Assembly: GCA_035297425.1 (NCBI GenBank)
Contig: DATGYZ010000007.1
Coordinates: 19,330-83,329 of the forward strand
Source: Bacteroidales bacterium
GTDB taxonomy: Bacteria > Bacteroidota > Bacteroidia > Bacteroidales > VadinHA17
Length of the DNA stretch: 64,000 nt
Direction: 5' to 3'
The translations under genes were made by a program, and so were the position numbers. Positions 10,051-20,200 of the stretch are shown piece by piece. The first letter of the stretch is position 1. Each line of letters begins with the position of its first letter. The notes below the pieces were generated by a model, which was given only the letters and a program-made list of their open reading frames with translations, was not told the DNA's origin and did not search any database.

Positions 10051-11010
10051 ATGGATCTCGAAAAGCAATTTTTGATTGCGAAGGGAGCGATCAAGCGTTT
10101 GCCGGGCATGCAAAAAGAGTACAGCTACACGGGCGGCACTATAGAAAGCAGGTATTGTTATGCGGTCTGGCTAAGACATTTGCTGAAATGGAGCAGGTTC
10201 AGAAAAGGTGTCCCACAAAGTGTTGCAGAACTTGGTCCGGGCGATTCGCTTGGAACAGGTATTGCGGCATTGCTTTCCGGAAGTTCAAAACTTTATGCAC
10301 TTGATGTTATAAAATACTGGGATAATGCGCGAAACCTGAGGATCCTGAATGAACTTGTGGAACTCTTTAAAAGAAGGTTCCGTATTCCTGACAACTTTGA
10401 TTATCCAAGGTTAAGACCAATCATCGATGACTATTCTTTTCCATCAGATATTCTTACTGATGAGATATTGGAGGAGAGTCTAAGTAACCAGAGGATTGAA
10501 CAACTGAGGAATGAATTATCCGATATTGACAACCCTTCAAACAGCATGATTAAGTATAAAATACCCTGGCAGGATCAATCTGTAATTAAAAAAGGCAGTG
10601 TAGATTTTATATATTCACAGGCAACCCTTGAATGCATTGAGGACCTCGAAGGCACATACAGGGCAATGTGCCTTTGGATCAAGCCCGGGGGGCTGATGTC
10701 TCATACGATTGACTTCAAATCGCACAAGCTTACAGCAGAATGGAACGGCCACTGGAAATTCAGTGATTTTGAATGGCGTCTTGTAAAAGGCAGAGATAAG
10801 TTCTTAATTAACAGGGAACCATTGTCAAAGCATATTGAACTTCATAATGCAAATAATTTCTGGATACTCATGAAGGAACCTGCAACATTAAAGAACAGGC
10901 TTGGACGTAATTCCCTTGCATCAAAATTCAGATCATTGTCGGAAGAAGACCTGACAACAAGTGGTGTGTATCTTTTATCGGAAAAAAGCAGGAGTTGCAA
11001 TGATGAATAA
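10051..11010 (+). CDS. class I SAM-dependent methyltransferase
   Basis: Motif I ELGPGDSLGTG and motif II-like DFIYSQATLE. Confidence 0.65.
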   Translation: MDLEKQFLIAKGAIKRLPGMQKEYSYTGGTIESRYCYAVWLRHLLKWSRFRKGVPQSVAELGPGDSLGTGIAALLSGSSKLYALDVIKYWDNARNLRILNELVELFKRRFRIPDNFDYPRLRPIIDDYSFPSDILTDEILEESLSNQRIEQLRNELSDIDNPSNSMIKYKIPWQDQSVIKKGSVDFIYSQATLECIEDLEGTYRAMCLWIKPGGLMSHTIDFKSHKLTAEWNGHWKFSDFEWRLVKGRDKFLINREPLSKHIELHNANNFWILMKEPATLKNRLGRNSLASKFRSLSEEDLTTSGVYLLSEKSRSCNDE

Positions 11011-11391
11011 TCAATTTCCCAATAGCCTCTTAAGGTCAGAAACCTGGGTATCCCACAGGTAGATGGAATCTTCCTTTTCCTCAGCTTCTGCAAAATCAAC
11101 TATAATTAAAGCTACTCCGCCGGTAAGTTCTTCAATGTTGATCCTGAATTCGAAATAGTTTGAATTACTGTTTTCGTTTCCTAACCATTCAAATCGCACA
11201 AGTTTATTTTCCTTTATTGCAGATAACCTGGCTTTCAGTTCAGTTTTATTCCAGAAGAATGTGAACAGGTCTCCGTTGACATTTACCTTATCTGCAAACC
11301 ATTCACTAAGTCCATCAGGGGTACTCAAACGTGAGAATAACACCTTTGGTGAACAGTTGAAATTATACTCCAGCTCATATTTTTGTTTCAT
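11011..11391 (-). CDS. START-like / SRPBCC (AHSA1-type) domain protein
   Basis: LSTPDGLSEWFADKVNV pattern. The ATG at 11391 fits the family N-terminus better than the upstream GTG at 11406 used in the ORF track. Confidence 0.6.
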   Translation of the reverse strand: MKQKYELEYNFNCSPKVLFSRLSTPDGLSEWFADKVNVNGDLFTFFWNKTELKARLSAIKENKLVRFEWLGNENSNSNYFEFRINIEELTGGVALIIVDFAEAEEKEDSIYLWDTQVSDLKRLLGN

Positions 11392-11493
11392 TTCTTTTTG
11401 ATTCACAGAGCCTATACCATCGCAATATAGAAAAAAAAATCAAACTAAAAAACCTTATGTGTCCCGCATATTGCTATTTTGTAACAAACTGTT

Positions 11494-11501
11494 TATATTT
11501 G
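11494..11501 (+). promoter_or_regulatory. candidate -7 box TATATTTG upstream of the tRNA
   Basis: TAnnTTTG match 44 nt upstream of the tRNA 5' end, with a TTTG at 11478-11481. Confidence 0.3.
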
Positions 11502-11544
11502 CACCCGCAAAAGTTCCCCATGGTTCGCACTACGGAGAGCAAAT

Positions 11545-11618
11545 GGCGAGATAGCTCAGTTGGTTAGAGCGCATGATTCATAATCATGAGGTCCCGAGTT
11601 CAATTCTCGGTCTCGCTA
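11545..11618 (+). tRNA. tRNA-Met (anticodon CAT); tRNA-Ile2 (lysidine-modified CAU) cannot be excluded
   Basis: Hand-folded cloverleaf: acceptor ggcgaga/tctcgct (G1-U72), D arm gctc-agttggtta-gagc, anticodon arm catga-ttCATaa-tcatg, variable loop aggtc, T arm ccgag-ttcaatt-ctcgg, discriminator A. There is no 3xGC anticodon stem, so it is not an initiator. Confidence 0.9.
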
Positions 11619-11624
11619 CAACAA

Positions 11625-11662
11625 AAAGCCTTTGCAGCGAAAGCTGCAGGGCTTTTGTTTTT
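11625..11662 (+). terminator. rho-independent terminator after the tRNA
   Basis: Hairpin aagcctttgcagc-gaaa-gctgcagggctt followed by ttgtttttt. Confidence 0.7.
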
Positions 11663-11723
11663 TGAAACATCATGAGCTTGCTCAATGATGTGGAAAAAAA
11701 CAAAAGCACGTAGCCATGCGCAG

Positions 11724-11880
11724 CATGGCAGGGCTTTTTGTTGTAAAGCATCCCCTGCGCAGAATCACCATAGGTAATTCTCAATTGTGTCTGGGTGTCC
11801 TGGTGTCTGGGTGTCTGGGTGTCCTGGTGTCTTGGTGTCCTGGAGTCCATTTAAACCTTTACGCCTTTATGCCCTTTGCA
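11724..11880. repeat. repeat unit A: 68-nt core, 8 period-8 units, 33-nt tail
   Basis: Core catggcagggctttttgttgtaaagcatcccctgcgcagaatcaccataggtaattctcaattgtgtc. Array at 11786-11847 of (C/T)(T/G)GG(T/A)GTC units. Tail catttaaacctttacgcctttatgccctttgca. Confidence 0.9.
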
Positions 11881-11912
11881 CATTACTCCTGCACTTGTAA
11901 TCATCCACCCGG

Positions 11913-12160
11913 CATGGCAGGGCTTTTTGTTGTAAAGCATCCCCTGCGCAGAATCACCATAGGTAATTCTCAATTGTGTCTGGGTGTCTGGGTGTCTGGG
12001 TGTCCTGGTGTCTTGGTGTCCTGGTGTCCTGGTGTCTGGGTGTCCTGGTGTCTTGGAGTCCTGGTGTCCTGGTGTCTTGGAGTCTTGGTGTCTTGGTGTC
12101 TTGGTGTCTTGGTGTCTTGGTGTCCATTTAAACCTTTGCGCCTTTATGCCCTTTTCGCCA
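11913..12160. repeat. repeat unit B: identical 68-nt core, about 19 period-8 units, tail
   Basis: The core at 11913-11980 is identical by eye to unit A. The array at 11975-12124 is 150 bp, ending in five consecutive TTGGTGTC units. The tail differs from unit A by one substitution and a small indel. Confidence 0.9.
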
Positions 12161-12316
12161 CAAAGTGAGAAATGAAATTTGAGTTTTTTCTTGCGGCTAT
12201 TCAGACAAAATTTTGTATTTTCCCAACAGTAAAAGTAATCACGGATAAGCTTTTCTCTAAATTAGTATCTAAGGATCAGCAATTTTCAGATAACCATCAG
12301 AAACAACTGTACAACC

Positions 12317-13402
12317 ATGAAAAACTCATCGAAAGAACTTATCACTGGCAGACGCAATGCATTGAAAATGATCGGTCTTGGAACAGCAGGTATGCTGGCT
12401 GGCGGATTCACAGATATATTGGCTTCAGAACCAAAAGATATGAAACCCGCTCCCAAAGAGAGTATCGTGAAAGGGAACTCCAGCGTTGCATTCACCACCG
12501 GAACTGACAGGCAGGAGATGATCTACAAAGTCATTAAACCTTTTGAACAGGAGATCAGGAAAGGATTAAAAGGGAAACAGCTGATAGTTAAGGTAAACAT
12601 GGTAACGACCAATGTGGAGCTATGTGCTACGCATGTCGACGCTCTAAGGGCATTGCTGGAGTATATGAAGCCAATATATAAAGGCCAGATCATCATCGCT
12701 GAATCAAGCTCCGTGGTAGAGACATCTGAAGGATTTAAAAACTATGGATATCTCGATCTGCAGAAAAACTATAATATTAAATTTGTCGATCTTAATACTG
12801 ACAAGGGATCACCTTTCCATATTGTCGACAGCGATTTTCACCTTGAGGAGATTCCACTGGCACAGACATATGTAGATCCCAATAACTTCATTATCTCATT
12901 GTCAAGGCTCAAAACCCATAACCGTGTTGTGATGACTGCTGGTGTTAAGAATATGGCCATGGGTGCCCCTCTCGTTTTATCAAATGACAGGACAAGCGGC
13001 CGGCATTACAAGAGCAGGATGCATTCAGGCGGAGAACGTTTCCTTCACTACAACATATTCCTTGTTGGTCAGAAAGTACGTCCCGATTTTACGATCATAG
13101 ACGGCGTAGAGGGAATGGAGGGGAACGGACCCTCTTCAGGCACTCCGGTCAACCACAGGATTGCCCTTGCCGGCGAAGATGTAGTAGCAGTAGACAGCAT
13201 GTGTACCAGGCTTATGGGTATACCCATGGACAATGTGGGATACCTGAACTACCTGGCATCAGCAGGGTTCGGGAATGTGGAACGGGAGAAAATCGACATC
13301 ATTGGGAGTGACGATCCTGACAAACATATTATAAAATATAAGATGCACGAAAACTTCCAGACCCAGATTACATGGAAGGATCCGCTGGTCCCACAAAAAT
13401 AA
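12317..13402 (+). CDS. DUF362 domain protein with twin-arginine (Tat) signal
   Basis: Tat motif GRRNALKMIGLG. DUF362 pattern (VKVNMV...THVDALRALLEY, SRLKTHN, GVKNMAMG, IIDGVEGMEGNGPSSG, VAVDSMCTRLMG). Confidence 0.65.
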   Translation: MKNSSKELITGRRNALKMIGLGTAGMLAGGFTDILASEPKDMKPAPKESIVKGNSSVAFTTGTDRQEMIYKVIKPFEQEIRKGLKGKQLIVKVNMVTTNVELCATHVDALRALLEYMKPIYKGQIIIAESSSVVETSEGFKNYGYLDLQKNYNIKFVDLNTDKGSPFHIVDSDFHLEEIPLAQTYVDPNNFIISLSRLKTHNRVVMTAGVKNMAMGAPLVLSNDRTSGRHYKSRMHSGGERFLHYNIFLVGQKVRPDFTIIDGVEGMEGNGPSSGTPVNHRIALAGEDVVAVDSMCTRLMGIPMDNVGYLNYLASAGFGNVEREKIDIIGSDDPDKHIIKYKMHENFQTQITWKDPLVPQK

Positions 13403-13519
13403 ACGTCCAGGCGTCGTGTGTACTTAGCATAACACTACAACTTCCACAACCTGACCTTGACAGCTTTTGCAGCATTTGCATACTACGTTAAAGTGTGTTA
13501 GTTGCCTTATTCTCCTGAC

Positions 13520-13598
13520 AAGGCTTTTGTTGTAAAAGCATCCCCTCTCGAAGAATCACCGAAGGTATTTTTTTACTGGTGTCATGTGTCCTGATGTT
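13520..13598. repeat. degenerate third copy of the repeat core
   Basis: aaggcttttgttgtaaaagcatcccctctcgaagaatcaccgaaggta aligns to the unit A/B core. It is followed by a decayed ctggtgtcatgtgtcctgatgtt remnant of the period-8 array. Confidence 0.6.
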
Positions 13599-14035
13599 AT
13601 GTATCAGTCAACCTCAACAAAAACTACAACCATCTACAACCTTTTACTATTGATTATACAGCCTGCTTTAATTAACCTTTCCAACCAATCAATTCTAAAA
13701 TCCTGAGATTCAAGGGAAAAGGCAATAATTGCAACCTATTGTCAAATAAGCAGATGGAGTGAATTATACAAAGTTTGATAAAAATTATGTAATACACCAA
13801 TATTCATAATGTATGAAATTTATAGTGTGAAATAATAAACAGCAGAATATGGCATAACTCTACCCCATCTTTTGTGAATAATCATACTTTTTATATTAAA
13901 CAAACTGTGGCCTTCTTTTACTAAGGAGCGGTAATCTGTCTACAGTTCAATAGAATGTTCTTAACAAAGAAAAAAGACCAGTGAGCTGGCCGTGGGATAT
14001 TATTTGTCATAAAGTAAACAAAATAATATACAATC

Positions 14036-17000
14036 ATGAAAAATCTCTATGCCCGTAAAAAAGCTATTTCCGGCAAATTATTTTGCTTCTTCGCAGTTTA
14101 CCTGTTTTTTGCAGGGAGCGTTTTTGGACAGAAAACAATAAGTAATTCGTATGTATTTACTACCGGAACCACTGTGTACGGTGGCGATCTGGGCCTAACA
14201 TACACTACAGTAATAGGACCAAATCAGGACAATGCTTCATCAGGCCTTGTCAACTTGCCATTCACGTTCAATTTTTTAGGTCAGTCCTATACTCAGTTTT
14301 CGGTAAATTCTAACGGTCTTATGACTCTTGGAAGTACCCCTTTGACCGGAAATGAAACTTCAAATTCGATGGCGTCCGGCATCCCGGGGATAAAGATTGC
14401 ACCTTATTGGGATGACCTTGCAACCGGTACTACCGGGTATGTAAAACATGCCTATTACAGCGGTACAATGTATATAAATTTCAGGTTAACAGTACCAAAA
14501 AACACCAGTGGTGCTGCCAACGTGGATTTCCAGGTGAGATTGACCGCCAGCGGCGGCATCAGTTTTTATTATGGTTCGACAGCAACACCGTTCCCGTCTT
14601 TTCGCGATTTTCCAACCAATGCAGGAGGATACTCGATCGGAATTGGCAACTCAGATACAGATTTTGCCAGTGTGACCATGACCGGGTTAACCACGGCTAC
14701 CTGTGCATTCGGTACAGCAAATGATGCAAATACTCAAGCTATAACAGGGCCATTTGATATTTACTTTAACCCTGATGTTACTTTGCCGGCTATCTCTGCT
14801 CAAACAATTCCCAACACTCCCGGAACCGGTGACAGAACATTAGTAAAGACAATTACAGATGCCGGTAAAGGTGTCCCGATCACTGGCGAATATGTTCCTC
14901 GTATTTATTATAAAAAGAATGTAGGGGGTACTTATGTATCTACCCCCGGTGTCCTGACATCAGGTACCAGCGCAAACGGGACCTGGACTTTTACTGTTGA
15001 CCATTCATTAGTTGGCGGTGTTGTTCAGGGTGACTTAATCTACTATTATGTGGCTGCACAGGACCAGGCGTTTAATGTTGCATCAAACCCTGCAGGTGTT
15101 GTCGCAACTAATGTAAATACAATTACCACACCCCCGGCCACTCCTTCATCCTATATTATACCTATGGATTTTTCAGGTACCATGACTGTTGGTACAGGCG
15201 GAGACTATCCTTCACTTACGAATCCAGGAGGTCTTTTCGAACAATTAAGCGCCGGAAATCTGACTGGAAATTTAACGGTCAATATTATTTCTGATTTAAC
15301 AGCTGAAACCGGGACGATTCCCTTGCTTGCCTGGACCGAAGGTCCCGGAGGTCCTTTTACAGTTACTATTAATCCTTCAGGGGCAAGAACAGTCTCGGGA
15401 ACCTCAGGAACCAGCGGTCTGATTTATCTGAACGGAGCTAAGAATTTAATTATTGATGGATTGAATTCCGGAGGTAATACACTTACAATTGCAAATACAC
15501 ATGCCTCGAACACTACAATCAATTTCGTCAATGGTGCAAACAATATTACTGTCCGAAATTCAACAATTACCGCTAATGGTGGCAGTGTAATTACATTTGG
15601 AACCGCATTGTCTGGTTCTGTAAACTACAATAATACTATAAGAAACAACATAATTACCTCGGGTACAACCGTGCCATCCAATGGTATCTCTTTTAATGGA
15701 AGTATTACTTATGATTCATACGACAATGTTGTTGACAATAATAAAATCATCAACTTCTCAATATCGGGGATTACTCTAAGCAATGGATATATCAACACCA
15801 CTGTATCCAATAATGAGATATATAATGCAATTCCTTCCGGAACATCATTGAACGGTATTACTCTGGGAACATATTATGGCGCCGGAATTTACAATGTATT
15901 TAATAATTATATCCATGATCTGAATCCTGCCTCAACGACCAGTACAGGAACTATTAATGGTATTTTTTATGGCCAGAGTAGTTACAATACTCCAAACGAT
16001 ATCCTGAATATTTATAACAACGTGATCACGTTGGATGCGACTACTAATAATACTAACATTACTCTAAATGGCATGTGGTTTTCTGGTGGTAATGGCAGTT
16101 ATACACCAGTGGTATATATCTATTATAATTCGATTTATATAGGAGGTATTGGGATAGTAGCAGGAACATCTACCGGTTTAAAAATTGGAGGTGGAAGCTA
16201 TACCGCTAAACATACCATTAAAAATAATGCTATCTACAATGCAAGAACGGGAGGAACCGGAAAACATTATGGAGTTGGATTTTATTACAGTAACTATATA
16301 GTATCAGATTACAATGATATTTATGTAAGTCCGGGGGGAGTTTTCGGCCGTTTTGTTGTTACCGACTATGCCGACTTGGCTGCTTGGAAAACAGCTTCAA
16401 TGCAGGATGCGAATTCAGTTTCAGGAAATCCTGGTTACACGTCAGGCACAGATCTGACACCAGACATCACTAACCCAAACTCTGCGAATCTTGATAATCA
16501 TGGAGTCCCGATTGCCTCAGTAACTACCGATATCCTCGGAAATCCGCGGAGCACCTCAACTCCTGATATAGGAGCATATGAATTCGGCATTCCATATAAA
16601 ACACTCAACCTGAAGCTCTTCCTTGAAGGATTGTATACAGGCGCCGGAGTAATGAACCAGGCAGCTGATGCTGCAGGACCCCACTGGCCGGCCGGCGTTG
16701 CTGATCATATAACAGTTGAACTTCACGATGCAGCAACATATGCCACTGTGGTCCACACAGTTAATGATGCAATACTCTTAACTGATGGCAGTTTGACATT
16801 GACATTGCCAGTCAGCCTGAACGCCAGCTATTATATAACAATCAAACACAGGAACAGTGTGGAGACCACAACGCCAACAGCAAAATCGTTTGCCGGGAGC
16901 GTGATAGATCATGACTTTACCACAGGCGTGGCACAGGCTTACGGAGGGAATCTGAAACTGTCATCCGGAACATCCCTGATATTCACAGGTGATGTCAACC

Positions 17001-17170
17001 AGGATGGATCGGTTGACACCGGCGATATGATACCTGTAGATAATGATTCATTCAATTATGCCTCAGGGTACCTTTCATCGGATGTAAACGGCGACGGATC
17101 TGTCGATACTGCAGACATGATCTTCATCGATAACAACAGTGCGAATTATGTGGGGACACAGCATCCGTAA
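14036..17170 (+). CDS. secreted NIDO-like / right-handed beta-helix protein with C-terminal dockerin-like double EF-hand
   Basis: Signal peptide (FFAGSVFGQ). NIDO-like N-domain (FNFLGQSYTQFSVNSNGLMTLG...IAPYWDDL). Long N/I/T-rich parallel beta-helix-type repeats at roughly 15400-16320. No T9SS CTD at the C-terminus. Confidence 0.7.
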   Translation: MKNLYARKKAISGKLFCFFAVYLFFAGSVFGQKTISNSYVFTTGTTVYGGDLGLTYTTVIGPNQDNASSGLVNLPFTFNFLGQSYTQFSVNSNGLMTLGSTPLTGNETSNSMASGIPGIKIAPYWDDLATGTTGYVKHAYYSGTMYINFRLTVPKNTSGAANVDFQVRLTASGGISFYYGSTATPFPSFRDFPTNAGGYSIGIGNSDTDFASVTMTGLTTATCAFGTANDANTQAITGPFDIYFNPDVTLPAISAQTIPNTPGTGDRTLVKTITDAGKGVPITGEYVPRIYYKKNVGGTYVSTPGVLTSGTSANGTWTFTVDHSLVGGVVQGDLIYYYVAAQDQAFNVASNPAGVVATNVNTITTPPATPSSYIIPMDFSGTMTVGTGGDYPSLTNPGGLFEQLSAGNLTGNLTVNIISDLTAETGTIPLLAWTEGPGGPFTVTINPSGARTVSGTSGTSGLIYLNGAKNLIIDGLNSGGNTLTIANTHASNTTINFVNGANNITVRNSTITANGGSVITFGTALSGSVNYNNTIRNNIITSGTTVPSNGISFNGSITYDSYDNVVDNNKIINFSISGITLSNGYINTTVSNNEIYNAIPSGTSLNGITLGTYYGAGIYNVFNNYIHDLNPASTTSTGTINGIFYGQSSYNTPNDILNIYNNVITLDATTNNTNITLNGMWFSGGNGSYTPVVYIYYNSIYIGGIGIVAGTSTGLKIGGGSYTAKHTIKNNAIYNARTGGTGKHYGVGFYYSNYIVSDYNDIYVSPGGVFGRFVVTDYADLAAWKTASMQDANSVSGNPGYTSGTDLTPDITNPNSANLDNHGVPIASVTTDILGNPRSTSTPDIGAYEFGIPYKTLNLKLFLEGLYTGAGVMNQAADAAGPHWPAGVADHITVELHDAATYATVVHTVNDAILLTDGSLTLTLPVSLNASYYITIKHRNSVETTTPTAKSFAGSVIDHDFTTGVAQAYGGNLKLSSGTSLIFTGDVNQDGSVDTGDMIPVDNDSFNYASGYLSSDVNGDGSVDTADMIFIDNNSANYVGTQHP
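16982..17167 (+). other. dockerin-like module (two Ca-binding F-hand loops)
   Basis: DVNQDGSVDTGD (16991-17026) and DVNGDGSVDTAD (17081-17116) both fit DxNxDGxxDxxD. Their starts are 30 aa apart. Confidence 0.6.
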
Positions 17171-17202
17171 GAAGATAAAAAAGTAAAAAGATACTATTTC
17201 AT

Positions 17203-20200
17203 ATGAAAAAGTTAGGGATTGGCTTATACAGAGCAATGATGCTGATTACATCATTGCTTCTTTTGCCAGCCGAGGCTAAGGCAGACCAGAATGATTTCAA
17301 AATTCAGGTCCGAAACCTGACACAGCCAACGGACAGGACAATCGAATTCGATGTATACCTGCTGGACACAGATGGTCTTCAACAATTTGAACTTGGATCA
17401 GTCCAACTGGGTTTTCTGTTGAATTCCGGGATTTACACGGGAGGGATCTTATCAGCAACAATTGATAATACAGGATCAGGACTCAATGCCACTCAGCAAT
17501 TCAGCGCTGCTCCAAGTATAACTACCACACTTGCAGGTTATCCCGGCAAGACACTCATCCGTCTTGCCGGCAAAACGCCTCCCGGGGCAGGAGGCGGCAC
17601 TATAATTTCCACTACAGGAGATGGCACTTTGCTCACTCATTTTGTATTGACAAATACAGTTCCATGGGTAGCTAACCAGACCCCCGATATAGTATTCAAT
17701 TCCAGCACAGCAGTCAATCCCCTTTATGCAACAAGGGTATCACAATATATAGGCACTACCAATACTGCAATGGTTGTGACCCCTGGGACAAATGCATTAA
17801 TTTGCTGCAATCCTGCACTCAATGCTGCTGCCCCGGTGGCATTCAGCGTAACTGGAACCGGATCATACTGCCAGGGAGGAATTGGATTGCCTGTCGGGCT
17901 GTCAGGCTCCGAGGCAGGGGCAACATACCAGCTGTTGAAAGACGGAATTCCTTCCGGATCTCCCGTACCTGGCACCGGTTCTCCATTGGCATTTGGTAAT
18001 CAGACTGCTGGTACATATACAGTCACCGGGACGCTTGGCACCACAACGACTCCTATGACAGGTTCGGCTGTTATTACCGAAACACTCCCTCCTCTTCAGC
18101 CAGGAGATTTTACCACATCATCGCCTGTTGTTTATAAAGGAACCCAGGGTGTGGTATATACAGTCCCTGCGGTTGCCGGCGCAACCACTTACACCTGGAC
18201 CTACACCGGTTCTGGTGCTACATTTTCAGGAACTACAAATTCAATTTCGATAAACTTTTCAGCAACTGCCACTTCCGGAATACTTTCAGTTTCGGCAAAC
18301 AACAGTTGCGGAGCCTCTGTTGCCAGGACCCTGGCAATAACAGTAAATTCGATCCTGCCATCTGATTACCTGCTTCAGGTACTCAATCTTACCCAGCCAA
18401 CCAACAATACCATTGAATTTGATCTTTACCTTAAGGATACAGAACCATCAATACCTATGCAGCTAGCAACGATCCAGCTAGGATTTTTGCTGAACTCAGG
18501 TATCTATACCGGAGGTGCTCTTACAACTTCTATAAATAACACCGGATCAGGACTGAATCCTTCCCAGCAATTCACAGCTGCACCATCGGTAGTGACCACT
18601 CTTACGGGTTATCCAAACCAGACGCTTATAAGGCTTGCCGGCAGCACCCCTCCCGGAGCCGGTTCCGGAACAATTATATCTACTGGAGGTAATGGTACCC
18701 TTCTTACGCATTTTACCCTTACAAGCACTGTTCCATGGACCCCCTATTCACTTGCCAATCTGACATTTACATCAAGCACAGCCTTGTCTCCATTATATGC
18801 CACCCGCATATCTGAATATATAGGAACAACTAACACTCCTCTCGAAGTTATCCCGGGAACAAATGCTCTTGTCTGCTGTAATCCGGCATTAAATGCAGGA
18901 CCTCCGACAGCTTTTGCTGTTATAGGCGGAGGAGCATATTGTGAAGGTGGAACTGGTCTCCCTGTGGATCTTGCCGGATCGCAGGTAGGTGTCAGTTACC
19001 AGCTTTTTAAGGACGCAACAGCAACAGGATCACCAGTAGCAGGAACCGGAGCTGCCATTTCATTTGGGAATCAGACTGCCGGGACATACACTGTTTCAGG
19101 AACAAATCCTGCAGGAACAACACCAATGACCGGGAGTGTAGTAATAGCGATGAACCCACTTCCTCTTCAACCCGGCGATTTCACTGTATCTTCGTCAACA
19201 GTATGCCAGGGTGCATCAGGTGTTGTCTATACAGTTCCCGCAGACGCTTCAGTTACTTTTAACTGGAATTTCACCGGAACAGGAGCCACACTTACAGGTT
19301 CCGGCAACTCGGTAAGCGTAAATTTCTCTTCAACAGCTACATCCGGAAATCTTTCCGTGACAGCAACAAATACCTGTGGCACCAGCATAGCAAGAACTCT
19401 TGCAATTACTGTTAATCCCACACCGGTCCCGACTATCGCGGGTCTTACAACTGCCTGTGAAGGAACAACAGGAGTTGTCTACACAACTGAAGCAGGTATG
19501 ACCGCCTACCAGTGGAATATTTCAACTGGTGGTACAGTCACTGCAGGAGGCACCAGCACCGATAATTCCGTAACGGTTACCTGGTCAGTAGCAGGCAGCC
19601 AGTCCGTAAGCGTCAACTACAACAACGGCAATTGTACTGCTGCCACTCCGACATTATACCCTGTAACAGTCAATCCTGTACCCGCAATTCCAGTGGCAAG
19701 TGTCAGCCAGCAGCCTACATGCGCACTTCCTTCAGGGACGATAACTATAACTTCACCAGCCCCTGCTGCAGGTATAACCTTCAGTATTAATGGCGTGGAC
19801 TATACCAATACCACAGGTTTATTCACAGGTGTTGCTCCAGGAACTTATAACGTGACTGTTAAAAATGCCTCAGATTGTGTTTCTCCGGCAACACCACTGA
19901 CAGTAAATGCTGTACCCGGTGCACCTGCAGCTCCAACGGCAAGTGTAACGGCCCAGCCGACATGCGCTGTTTCGACGGGAACGATCACAGTATCATCTCC
20001 CGCTCCTGGCGCAAGTATATTCTACAGCATCAACGGCACAACCTACACGAACACAACGGGTATCTTCAGCAGTGTTCCTTCGGGCACTTACAGCGTGACC
20101 TACAAGGATGGCAGCGGATGCATATCTTCACCCGCAACGGTGACGGTCAATACTGCACCGGCAACACCAGCAGCACCTGTTGCAGTTCCAACACATCCGT

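Noticed and set aside
11786-12124. Possible CRISPR array
   Set aside because: The repeats are only 8 nt and directly tandem, with no spacers. No cas genes are present in the window.
11716-12175. ORFs 11716-12168 (150 aa), 11984-12175 and 11584-11850 crossing the period-8 arrays
   Set aside because: The translations are periodic nonsense (LGVLVSWC... / DTQTPRHQ...) produced by the 8-nt repeat. An 8-nt period cycles through all frames. There is no start context and no protein-like composition.
12172-12507. 111-aa ORF overlapping the start of the DUF362 gene
   Set aside because: It is out of frame with, and overlaps, a gene that has a good Tat signal and domain pattern. It has no features of its own.
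11545-14035. tRNA-adjacent genomic island or integrative element
   Set aside because: No integrase, transposase or excisionase ORF is present. I could not find a duplicate of the tRNA 3' end to mark an att site. Only the bracket of repeat copies is reported, as a finding.
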